From Macrostomum lignano (taxonomy: Eukaryota): 64,000 nt of DNA. The translations under genes were made by a program, and so were the position numbers. The stretch covers positions 248,001 to 312,000 of the forward strand of contig NIVC01000947.1 in the NCBI GenBank assembly GCA_002269645.1. Direction: 5' to 3'. This document shows, piece by piece, positions 1 to 11,920 of the stretch (positions within the stretch are counted from its first letter, which is position 1; each line of letters begins with the position of its first letter). The notes beneath the pieces were generated by a model. The model did not search any database. It saw nothing but the letters and a program-made list of their open reading frames with translations, and was not told the DNA's origin.

Positions 1-1633
1 CCTCAGATTCTTCAGTAGATGGCGCTGCCCTCCTCAGATCCTTCAGTAGATGGCGCTACCCTCCTCAGATCCTTCAGTAGATGGCGCTACCCTCCTCAGA
101 TCCTTCAGTAGATGGCGCTACCCTCCTCAGATCCTTCAGTAGATGGCGCTGCCCTCCTCAGATCCTTCAGTAGATGGCGCTACCCTCCTCAGATCCTTCA
201 GTAGATGGCGCTGCCCTCCTCAGATCCTTCAGTAGATGGCGCTACCCTCCTCAGATTCTTCAGTAGATGGCGCTACCCTCCTCAGATCCTTCAGTAGATG
301 GCGCTACCCTCCTCAGATCCTTCAGTAGATGGCGCTACCCTCCTCAGATCCTTCAGTAGATGGCCCTACCCTCCTCAGATCCTTCAGTAGATGGCGCTGC
401 CCTCCTCAGATCCTTCAGTAGATGGCGCTGCCCTCCTCAGATCCTTCAGTAGATGGCGCTGCCCTCCTCAGATCCTTCAGTAGATGGCGCTGCCCTCCTC
501 AGATCCTTCAGTAGACGGCGCTGCCCTCCTCAGATCCTTCAGTAGATGGCGCTGCCCTCCTCAGATCCTTCAGTAGATGGCGCTGCCCTCCTCAGATCCT
601 TCAGTAGATGGCGCTGCCCTCCTCAGATCCTTCAGTAGATGGCGGTGCCCTCCTCAGATCCTTCAGTAGATGGCGCTGCCCTCCTCAGATCCTTCAGTAG
701 ATGGCGCTGCCCTCCTCAGATCCTTCAGTAGATGGCGCTACCCTCCTCAGATCCTTCAGTAGATGGCGCTGCCCTCCTCAGATCCTTCAGTAGATGACGC
801 TGCCCTCCTCAGATCCTTCAGTAGATGGCGCTGCCCTCCTCAGATCCTTCAGTAGATGGCGCTGCCCTCCTCAGATCCTTCAGTAGATGGCGCTGCCCTC
901 CTCAGATCCTTCAGTAGACGGCGCTGCCCTCCTCAGATTCTTCAGTAGATGGCGCTGCCCTCCTCAGATCCTTCAGTAGATGGCGCTGCCCTCCTCAGAT
1001 CCTTCAGTAGATGGCGCTGCCCTCCTCAGATCCTTCAGTAGATAGCGCTGCCCTCCTCAGATCCTTCAGTAGATGGCGCTGCCCTCCTCAGATCCTTCAG
1101 TAGATGGCGGTGCCCTCCTCAGATCCTTCAGTAGATGGCGCTGCCCTCCTCAGATCCTTCAGTAGATGGCGCTGCCCTCCTCAGATCCTTCAGTAGATAG
1201 CGCTGCCCTCCTCAGATCCTTCAGTAGATGGCGGTGCCCTCCTCAGATCCTTCAGTAGATGGCGCTGCCCTCCTCAGATCCTTCAGTAGATGGCGCTGCC
1301 CTCCTCAGATCCTTCAGTAGATGACGCTGCCCTCCTCAGATCCTTCAGTAGATGGCGCTGCCCTCCTCAGATCCTTCAGTAGATGGCGCTGCCCTCCTCA
1401 GATCCTTCAGTAGATGGCGCTGCCCTCCTCAGATCCTTCAGTAGATGACGCTGCCCTCCTCAGATCCTTCAGTAGATGGCGCTGCCCTCCTCAGATCCTT
1501 CAGTAGATAGCGCTGCCCTCCTCAGATCCTTCAGTAGATGGCGCTGCCCTCCTCAGATCATTCAGTAGATGGCGGTACCCTCCTCAGACCCTTCAGTAGA
1601 TGGCGCTGCCCTCCTCAGATCCTTCAGTAGATG
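1..1633. repeat. 31-bp minisatellite (CCTCAGATCCTTCAGTAGATGGCGCTGCCCT), ~52 copies, truncated by window start
   Basis: Unit recurs at 1, 32, 63 and onward with few substitutions; lies upstream of the acceptor TTTTCAG (ends 1745) that precedes the SPT small-subunit ATG. Confidence 0.97.
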
Positions 1634-1759
1634 TTCCTACCTTCTTCATTAGCTTCAGTGCTGCCATCCTAAATTATTTTTAATTAGTGAAATAATTGCA
1701 TATATCTGCTAACCAGCTTTCGATATAAATTCTCTTCTTTTTCAGCCAATCGATAAATT

Positions 1760-2026
1760 ATGAAAGAAGTTGAACCCGGCAACTTCCTCTCGAGCCTGTA
1801 CTTCAAGTACATCGTGGAAACTTCAATCTACATGCTGGAGCCCTGGGAACGGAAAGTGTTCAACATAGCCATGGTGCTGATTCTGGTCATGTCGCTGTAC
1901 ACTGGCTGGGTGTTCCTGCCGCACCACACCGTGATCCAGCACTCCCTGGGTCTGCTGGCCTCCCTGTTCAACGGCTCCTCTGAGGGAGATCTGCAGACCG
2001 CCAGTCCAGCGACTGGGGAACTGTGA
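1760..2026 (+). CDS. SPTSSA: Serine palmitoyltransferase small subunit (SPTssA/B-like), 88 aa, single coding exon
   Basis: YFKYIVETSIYMLEPWERKVFN...MSLYTGWVFLPHH matches the family signature (Y..Y...T.LYMLEPWER..FN...YT.YVF.P.H); acceptor 14 nt before ATG. A versus B paralogue cannot be resolved. Confidence 0.9.
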   Translation: MKEVEPGNFLSSLYFKYIVETSIYMLEPWERKVFNIAMVLILVMSLYTGWVFLPHHTVIQHSLGLLASLFNGSSEGDLQTASPATGEL

Positions 2027-2059
2027 GACAATGGTTGAGTACTGATGGGCATTGCTTGT

Positions 2060-2565
2060 GGTATAAAACAGTGTGTGGAATCTTAGTGTGGGATAAAACA
2101 GTGTGTGGGATTTTAGTGTGGGATAAAACAGTGCGTGGGATGTTAGTGTGGGATAAAACAGTCTGGGATTTTAGGGTGGGATAAAACAGTCTGTGGGATT
2201 TTAAAGTGGGATAAAACAGTGTGTGGAATTTTAGGGTGGGAAAAAACATTGTGTGGGATAAAACAATGTGTGGGATAAAACAATGTGTGGGATCTTAGTG
2301 TGGGATAAAACAGTGTGTGGGATTTTAGGGTGGGATAAAACAGTGTGTGGGATTTTAGGGTGGGATAAAACAGTGTGTGGGATTTTAGGGTGGGATAAAA
2401 CAGTGTGTGGGATTTTAGTGTGGGATAAAACAGTGCGTGGGATGTTAGGGTGGGATAAAACAGTGTGTGGGATTTTAGTGTGGGATAAAACAGTGTGTAG
2501 GATTTTAGGGTGGGATAAAACAGTGTGTAGGATTTTAGGGTGGGATAAAACAGTGTGTGGGATCT
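2060..2565. repeat. 30-bp minisatellite (TGGGATAAAACAGTGTGTGGGATTTTAGGG) downstream of the SPTSS stop
   Basis: Direct tandem copies visible; explains ORFs 1968..2249, 2231..2641 and 2268..2579. Confidence 0.95.
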
Positions 2566-3014
2566 CAGGGCGTGTATGATGCAGCCATGCTCCTTTGTCA
2601 GTCGTGCTTTTTTTAATTTCGATAATTAATTGAAAAATCAATGCCTCTTTAAATCACTTTTTGACCAAATTTTAACAAAGAAATATCTGTATTAGCAATC
2701 TGCAAACTGGGTATTCACTGTCTCCGTTCTTCCATGTTTAATAAACCTATGTATCAATCAGCACTGCCATTGCCATCCATCAGATCCTAATTTTTTACAT
2801 CCTTTGCGTACTTTTAATTTTGTGTTTGTACGCTCGTGTTTGAGATGAATTTGCCCAATTCATTTCAAATTATTTCTCGACCGTGATTTTTTAGGCAATC
2901 TGCAAGTGAAAATATAAATATAAAGATAAATGTTATGACTTGTGCGAGGGTCTCATCCTTGATCTGCGGCTTTTGGTCTTTGTTGCTTTCATTTACGGTA
3001 TGTCTCTATCTGTC

Positions 3015-3015
<1 letters not shown>

Positions 3016-3073
<58 letters not shown>

Positions 3074-3094
3074 GTCTGTCTGTCTGTCTGTCTA

Positions 3095-3147
<53 letters not shown>

Positions 3148-3195
3148 GTCTGTCTGTCTGTCTGTCTGTCTGTGTTTCTGTCTTAGTGTCTGTCT
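3016..3195. repeat. (TGTC)n microsatellite inside a probable 5'-UTR intron (2998..3219) of the TRPV-like gene
   Basis: Donor ACG|GTATGT at 2998, acceptor CCATTGCAG ending 3219, ATG at 3228. Confidence 0.9.
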
Positions 3196-3227
3196 GACCC
3201 CTATCTGTCCCCATTGCAGCAGCCGCA

Positions 3228-6200
3228 ATGAGCGGACGCGCCAGTCCAGTCAGCAGCCACCACCTCCGGGCGCCGCCACTGCTGGAGAACATCCGACTGC
3301 TCACGGAGCACCCAGAGTCGCTGCCATCCGTGGCGGAGCTGATCTGCCACCTGCCGCCCTGCATGTGGGGCTGCCGGCTGCGTCTTGCCAACGGCCGCTT
3401 TATCCGCGTGGAGGCGTCGCACCTGCTGGCGCTGGACCGCTCGGAGACCGCAGGCTGCCCTGATGGAGGAAATCAAATCGTGAATTGCCAGACTAATGAC
3501 TAAAACATTGAGTGTCTTAGTGATTGATTAATTGCGGCTAATTAAGCTTAATTATCGCTAACTGGATGGTAATTACCGTTAATTGTAGGTGATTATCGTT
3601 AATTATTTTTAGTGTCACATTATACTAGGAAATTATCGTAAAATATTTGTAGTAAGTAACTTTGTAGGTAATTATCGTTATTTATCGATAGTAAACATTA
3701 ATTGTAGGTATTTATCGTTAATTAAAGGTAATTTACTGTAGGCGATTTCCGTTAATTACCGGTAATTACCCTTTATGCAACTGTAATTTGTAGCCTTGGT
3801 GCAGTTGGTAAAAGTTTGCATATTTTCAGTTCATAAGCAACATAATTATAATACTTAATAATAGTTTTCTCGCACTGTTTCAGGTTGCAATTCAGGTTTC
3901 GTACCTCTCCTCTCTTCTCAAGCCATCTTATCTAATCTCATCTCCTATTCTCAGTGCAGAGTTCTTCAATTTTTAAATCTCTGAATTATCTCTGTTGAAT
4001 TGAGTGCAGTTGATTTCCTGTTTTGCTTTTGCGCTTTTAAACGTTTCGAGCTTTTTTTGCTTCAAGTCTGCTTTTTTAATTGATCATCATCAGAAATCAG
4101 CATTTTTTAGTAATAAACTCTGACAATAATATTCGAATTGTACTACTTACACCCGCTGTCTCGGGTAGTAGTCTAATTCGCCAAGCAGCATCTGGTTGCT
4201 GGTTAGCCAGTACAGAAAGTCTGCACTCGATGGGCAAATAGTGAAATTTTTTATGAATTCTGCCCGAATTTTGTTTGATGTCTGCATACAGACGGCCTCA
4301 GGGGGCACCGGGAGAGGCTCCGCTTTTGGAGGCTCCTTGGTTCGAGATTGTTTGAGCAAGCCACTCGTCTCGGGAATGCTGAGGCACCCTGCAAGTTAGT
4401 TTGCTAACAAATAGATGCGCTGCTGCTCCACGGCTTGTTGGAGTCTTGTTTAACCGCTGAGTAATATATAATATAGCTGTCCGGATGTCGGCTGCTTGAG
4501 AAGGCTCCTGTGTAATTGAAGACTGCTCCTGAGTTCTTCAGCTCTGAATAGAGAGGCTATGGATGCCACTCCTGCTGCTGCTGCTGCTGCTGATGGAGCT
4601 GGTACGCCTTGCAGTTCTGTCACTCCTGTCCAAGCACTCCAATTCAGTCACTCCTGTCCAGGCACTCCAATTCTGTCACTCCTGTCCAGGCACTCCAATT
4701 CAGTCACTCCTATCCAGTCACTCCTGTCCAGGCACTCCAATTCAGTCACTCCTATCCAGGCACTCCAATTCTGTCACTCCTATCCAGGCACTCCAATTCA
4801 GTCACTCCTATCCAGTCACTCCTGTCCAGGCACTCCAATTCAGTCACTCCTATCCAGTCACTCCTATCCAGGCACTCCACCTCAGTCACTCCTGTCCAGG
4901 CACTCCAATTCATTCACTCCTATCCAGGCACTCCAATTCTGTCACTCCTATCCAGGCACTCCAATTCTGTCACTCCTATCCAGGCACTCCAATTCAGTCA
5001 CTCCTATCCAGTCACTCCTGTCCAGGCACTCCAATTCAGTCACTCCTATCCAGTCACTCCTATCCAGGCACTCCACCTCAGTCACTCCTGTCCAGGCACT
5101 CCAATTCATTCACTCCTATCCAGGCACTCCAATTCAGTCACTCCTATCCAGGCACTCCAATTCTGTCACTCCTATCCAGGCACTCCAATTCAGTCACTCC
5201 TATCCAGTCACTCCTGTCCAGGCACTCCAATTCAGTCACTCCTATCCAGGCACTCCACCTCAGTCACTCCTGTCCAGGCACTCCAATTCATTCACTCCTA
5301 TCCAGGCACTCCAATTCAGTCACTCCAATTCAGTCACTCCACTTGTCACTCTATCGCAGTCACTTTAGAAGTCGCTGTCTAAAATTCAGTACATACAGTA
5401 TGTAAATTTAAAATTACATGTACACACGTACATTATGTACATGTAGAATTTAGCAATTGTCAAAACGCCTGACAAGTTAGCCATGCAGCCCGCAACCGCA
5501 AAACACTTGCGCACCTGCATGCAGCTGATCAGTTGTGCAACTCCGACTACCTGGAGCACCTGTCAGTCTTGGATGAAGAATCGCAGCAGTCTCACTGGGA
5601 CTTTGTGCTCAGCTTGGCTCGCGACGACCCCAAATGGTCCCACCGTCTTGCCGACCGTCTGGGGCCGGATCGGTGGCTGCGGTTCCTGCTCAGCTGCCAG
5701 CCGCATCACCCTCCTGAGTACGGGCGGCAGCAGCACACTGATCCCACTAATCCCATTCTGATGGCGATTTTTCACGGCTCCCGACGGGTTCTGCTGTCAC
5801 CCGATTGGCTCGGCTCAGACTCCAATCTTGGCCAGATTTGTCTGCCCAGTCTGACCGAGCCTGGGACTCGAACCAACGCCCTCCACGCGGCCGTGCTGGG
5901 AGCGGCGGCTTCGGCCGGCTCAAAACGGCAGCTGCAATTGATTGACAGCCTGTCTGATCGGGGAATTTTATCCCGAGAGGATTTGGCCAGCCTGATTCGT
6001 CGGGAGAACTGCAGAGGCCTCCTGCCCGCTGAGCTGGCGGCCCACCTGGGCCTGCTGTCTATGGCCGAGAGCCTCCTGACTCGCTACTGGAGCGAGACGG
6101 ACGCGCCGCTGCCAGGCCAGTTGCTGACCAGCTGCCGGCTTCGGGTGCTCGATCTGAGTTGCTATGCCAGCCCGAACTTCTGCGGCACCGGGCAGCAGCT

Positions 6201-9200
6201 CGGCTGCCGCTTCTTTAGGAGCCCCCTGATGCTGACGATGGACCGCTTCGGGATGCGCAATGTACACCTGCTGCGGCGGCAGGCCGTGTTCCGGTGCGTG
6301 CCCACTGGTTGATTGATTGATTAATTGGTTGATTGGATAGTTGAGTGATTGGTTGGTTGGTTGAGTGAGTGATTGGTTGGTTGAGTGATTGATTGGATGG
6401 TTGAGTGATTGGTTGGTTGGTTGAGTGATTGATTGGTTGGTTGAGTGATTGATTGGTTGGTTTATTGATTGATTGGTTGGTTGAGTGATTGTTTGGTTGG
6501 TTGAGTGATTGATTGGTTGATTGAGTGATTGATTGGTTTGTTGAGTGATTGATTGGTTGGTTTATTGATTGATTGGTTGGTTGAGTGATTGTTTGGTTGG
6601 TTGAGTGATTGATTGGTTGATTGAGTGATTGATTGGTTGGTTGAGTGATTGATTGGTTGGTTTATTGATTGATTGGTTGGTTGAGTGATTGTTTGGTTGG
6701 TTGAGTGATTGATTGGTTGATTGAGTGATTGATTGGTTGGTTGAGTGATTGATTGGTTGGTTTATTGATTGATTGGTTGGTTGAGTGATTGTTTGGTTGG
6801 TTGAGTGATTGATTGGTTGATTGAGTGATTGATTGGTTGGTTGAGTGATTGATTGGTTGGTTTATTGATTGATTGGTTGGTTGAGTGATTGATTGGTTGG
6901 TTTATTGATTGATTGGTTGGTTGAGTGATTGTTTGGTTGGTTGAGTGATTGATTGGTTGATTGAGTGATTGATTGGTTTGTTGAGTGATTGATTGGTTGA
7001 TTGATCGGCTGGTTGACTACTCGATCGATTGATTGATTTATTGCTCGATTGATTAATTCATTGATTAATTCATTGATTAATTCATTGATTAATTCATTGA
7101 TTGATTCATTGACGGATTGCTAGAGATTGATGGATGGATTAACTGACTGACAAATTGAGTAATTTATAAATCTAATATACTATTAGTAAAGGATTATTTT
7201 GTTAACATATGCGAGAAACAAGAAATTCATCACTCGCTTTATCACTCTCCGTCTGGCACTTCAATAGTTCTACTGAATTTAATAAAAAGCATAGATACTC
7301 GTCAATTGGAACTCCAGTCATCCCGGTCTGTTCCTGACTTGGCTGGAGCAGCTTGAGCAGCAAACCCGCGGCATCATCACCTGCCTCACAGTGCTCAACT
7401 TGTCTGTGTACTCGGCTCTAATTGCGGGCCAGCTCACCGTCCTGACTCCAGTCACCCTGCTTATCGATTCGACCGAAGACCAAGGAGACTCGGCGCTGCA
7501 TCACTGCCTGCTGCTGGCCTTCGTGATATTGGGGAACGGATACCAGGTGCGCTCCACTGACATTGTCACTCCTATTGTCACTCTCCTAGTCACTCCCAGT
7601 GTCACTCCCAGTGTCACTCTCCTAGTCACTCCCAGGGTCACTCTCCTAGTCACTCCCAGTGTCACTCTCCTAGTCACTCCCAGTGTCACTCTCCTAGTCA
7701 CTCCCAGTGTCACTTTCCTAGTCACTCCCAGTGTCACTCTCCTAGTCACTCCCAGTGTCACTCTCCTAGTCACTCCCAGTGTCACTCTCCTAGTCACTCC
7801 CAGTGTCACTCTCCTAGTCACTCCCAGTGTCACACTCCTAGTCACTCCCAGTGTCACTCTCCTAGTCACTCCCAGTGTCACTCTCCTAGTCACTCCCAGT
7901 GTCACTCTCCTAGTCACTCCCAGTGTCACTCTCCTAGTCACTCCCAGTGTCACACTCCTAGTCACTCCCAGTGTCACTCCCGCCGTCTCTCCCGCAGGCC
8001 GTCATGCTCATCTCCTTCCTAGTCGGCAGACGGCGGTCCCTGAGTCACTCCGGCTGCCCTGCCGGTCCCCGCGAGGGCAACCCCGAGATCGGCCGCTACG
8101 CCGCCTGCTGCTCCGTCTGCTGCCTCTGCGCCGTCGCCCTCCTCGCCCTGCTGACAGCGGCGCCATTCCAGCCCGGATCTCCGGCCGCATCGGCTGCTCA
8201 CCTGGCGGCCTCGACTGCGCAGCTGCTGCTGCTGCTGACGGCCACCTACCTGACTCTGTGCCAGCTGCGCAGCCTCCGCTGGGAGCCCGTGTCCCAGTTC
8301 GCATTCTGCCTGATCTGCTGCCTGAACTCCTTCATCCCGTTCACGGTGCTGTACTGCTTGCTGATCTACCTGTTCGGCAGGCTGCTGGCTCCCGAGGTTG
8401 CCAAGGCCGCAGTCGCCGCAGGTGATGGAGGGGGAAGTGCTGGCGCCCAGGCTGAGATGGGATCTGGCGCTCTTCAGGTGAGACTGATATCGTGATATGA
8501 TATGCAGCAGGTTGATCTAAGGAGGTCAAGTGACCCCTAATTATTCCTTGAACAGAATCTATTTGGAGTCACGGGGGTCAAGTGGCTTCTATATTTGTTG
8601 GTTATTTAAGTCGGGGTCAAGTGACCTCGTTCTGTAATGTTAAATGAACCATTTAAGCTAGTGGAGGTCAAGTGACCCCCACCTTCAATTGGAATCTAAT
8701 TTGACACCAGTGGAGGTCAAGTGACCCACCTCAATAGAATCCTACAATATTTGGGACCAGTGGAAGTCAAGTTACCCCCCATCAGTAAGAATCCCAGCTG
8801 AGACCCGTAGAGGTCAAGTGACCCCCTCCTTCAATAGAAATCCCATTTGGGACCCGTGGAGGTCAAGTGACCCCCCTTCAAAAAGAGTCCTACAATATTT
8901 AGGACCAGTGGAAGTCAAGTGACCCCTTCCCCTTCAGTAAGAATCCCAGTTGGGATCAGTGGAGGTCAAGTGACCCCCTCCATAAATAGAGATCCCATTT
9001 GTTACCAGTGGAGGTCAAGTGCCCTCTTCAGTAGGAATCCCAGTAGGGAACAGTGGAGGTCAAATGACCCACTTCAGTAAGAATCTCAGTTGGGAAGAGT
9101 GGAGGTCATATTCGAGACCTGTGGAGGTCAAGTGACCCCTTGTTTTCATATGTTTTTCTACAAGAATCCCAACTGAGGTCAAGTGACCCCAATCTGCCCA

Positions 9201-9609
9201 GCTGTACCAGGCCTTCCTGCTGTCGCTGAACATCCTGACCAATCGCAGCCAGAAGTTTGTGGAGCCCTCGCCAGGCGAGGAGGCAGCCTTCGCCAGACTG
9301 CAAATCCACTTCCTGTTCGTGATCATCCTGCCGGTGTTCTTCATCAACTTTGCCATCGCGATGCAGTCCATGCTGCTGTCTGCGGTGCAGGACAGCTTCG
9401 TTGAGCATCGGGCGCTGTTCCTGGTCACCGTGAGCAGCTTGATGGAGTTCTGTATGGCACCTTTTCGTAAATGGCTGGGTCGTAATCCAGATGGCAGGGT
9501 TGTGCTCCGCTGCCCGCCTAGCAACTGCCACTGGACTGATGATGCTGCCGCTGCTGAAGTGCTCGATGAAGGAGGCGAGACTGCGAAACTTCAGGAGCTC
9601 GATTGTTAA
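3228..9609 (+). CDS. Divergent TRPV-like ankyrin-repeat / 6-TM cation channel; model join(3228..3479?,5533..6293,7318..7546,7998..8477,9202..9609), ~709 aa
   Basis: Exons 2-5 join in frame across GT-AG introns (phases 2, 0, 0). Ankyrin-like NPILMAIFHG, TNALHAAVLG, NCRGLLPAELAAHLG; post-ankyrin VLDLSCY...SPLML...LLRRQAVFRHPGLFLTW resembles the TRPV linker/pre-S1; six hydrophobic segments; S6 HFLFVIILPVFFINFAIAM resembles TRPV (F..L...LLLN.LIAMM). Linkage of exon 1 is less certain. Confidence 0.72.
4151..4598 (-). CDS. Candidate antisense exons nested in TRPV intron 1: ~4455..4598 and 4151..4388; product unknown, weak cyclic-nucleotide-binding-like motif
   Basis: 66-nt intron 4389..4454 (GTTAAA...CTAACTTGCAG) joins two open frames in phase 1 to give ...GQLYYILLSGCLSIPETSG...IRAEFIKNF...FLYWL...; strong donor GT|GTAAGT at 4150. 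No start, stop or flanking exons found. Confidence 0.35.
4616..5350. repeat. Minisatellite built from two related 14-mers (GTCACTCCTATCCA / GGCACTCCAATTCA)
   Basis: Direct inspection; source of ORFs 4559..5368, 4563..5405 and 4609..5382. Confidence 0.93.
6310..7110. repeat. (GATT/GGTT/GAGT)n compound tetranucleotide array in TRPV intron 2
   Basis: Starts ~15 nt after the donor at 6294. Confidence 0.95.
7562..7980. repeat. 24-bp minisatellite (GTCACTCCCAGTGTCACTCTCCTA) filling TRPV intron 3
   Basis: Occupies almost all of intron 7547..7997; gives the LLVTPSVT repeats in ORF 7391..8425. Confidence 0.95.
8520..9190. repeat. Degenerate ~49-bp repeat with conserved palindromic core GGAGGTCAAGTGACCCC, ~15 copies, TRPV intron 4
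   Basis: Core recurs about every 48-50 bp; the intervening sequences are diverged but homologous. Confidence 0.88.
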
Positions 9610-9719
9610 TGAGGACCATGGACCAGGCTGCTTATAGTGCAACTTCGGTTCTTTTCTTCTTGAACTCGATTTTTACAAGGGCTTTGAAATTCTGATGGAT
9701 GAAAATGAAAATTAGGATA

Positions 9720-10400
<681 letters not shown>

Positions 10401-11124
10401 CAGGTCTTCAGGAGTGTGTGTTCGGGCATGTGTCTTTCAACGGTGCGTGTTATGTTTCTATAAATATTTATCAATGTTTGAGAAAAAATTATTTTTCAAC
10501 AAGTGCCGCAGAAATTTAGGTTTAATATCTAAAACTTTTTATAAAATTTTCGGCAAAATCAGCTGTCTCTGAATCGGTCATATATATTTTTTGTTTGTAT
10601 TTTTTGTTTAATTAACTATGACGTACAGATGTTGGTGCAGAGTTAAATTCCGTAAAAATTCAACCGTAAAACCAATCTCAAGAATAAATACTCAAATACT
10701 ACCCATACTCATTCTCGTACAGTACGTGCAAGTACGCGCACGATTGCAAAATTAAAAGTCAGTACAAACAGTATAATGTACAGTAATACGTTTCTAGATT
10801 ATTATTATACTTATATAAAGCATCCTTCGCTGTCAGAGACTTTTCAGCAGCTGCTTGAAACTGCTTGAAGTTGGGAAAAATGACGCGTGTACAAATTTGC
10901 GTGCCTAAAGGAATGGCTTTCAGATGAGGAGGCCATTTTTATGGTAAAATGTTTCGCTATATAGACTACTCAGTTCTACTCAATGAGTAACATGAATGAG
11001 GTTTCGCCATCTTGTTGCTAGGTTTATGGAGACCATCAACTTGTCACTGAATCCATCTCAGTGAGATAAATAATACATTTATCCAGTTTGGCTGATTGAT
11101 CAATCGGACGAGGTATCAATCAAT

Positions 11125-11133
11125 AAGTTAATT

Positions 11134-11187
<54 letters not shown>

Positions 11188-11400
11188 CTAATCAATTAAT
11201 CAATGAATAAATAAATAAATAAATAAATAAATAAATCAATCAATCGATCAATCGATCAATCAATCAATCAATCAATCGATCAATCGATCAATCAATCAAT
11301 CAATCGATCAATCAATCAATCAATCAATCAACCAATCAATTAATCAATCAATCAATCAACCAATCAATTAATCAATCAATCAATCAACCAATCAACCAAG

Positions 11401-11436
<36 letters not shown>

Positions 11437-11516
11437 TAACCAACCAACCAAGCAATCAATCAATTAATCAATCAATCAATCAATCAATTAACCAACCAAC
11501 CAAGCAATCAATTAAT

Positions 11517-11549
<33 letters not shown>

Positions 11550-11672
11550 GATCAATCGATCAATCAATCAATCAATCGATCAATCAATCAATCAATCAAT
11601 CAACCAATCAATTAATCAATCAATCAATCAACCAATCAATTAATCAATCAATCAATCAACCAATCAACCAAG

Positions 11673-11708
<36 letters not shown>

Positions 11709-11788
11709 TAACCAACCAACCAAGCAATCAATCAATTAATCAATCAATCAATCAATCAATTAACCAACCAACCAAGCAATCAATTAAT

Positions 11789-11819
<31 letters not shown>

Positions 11820-11900
11820 CCAACCAATCAATCAATCAACCAACCAATCAATCAATCAACCAATCAAATAATCAATCAATTAATTAACCAATCAATCAAT
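11125..11900. repeat. (TCAA/CCAA)n microsatellite just 3' of the sHSP stop
   Basis: Direct inspection. Confidence 0.96.
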
Positions 11901-11920
11901 ATACCAATCAGACGGTCAAG

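Noticed and set aside
8520-9190. CRISPR array
   Set aside because: Eukaryotic intron context, no cas genes, and the spacers are homologous to one another rather than unique.
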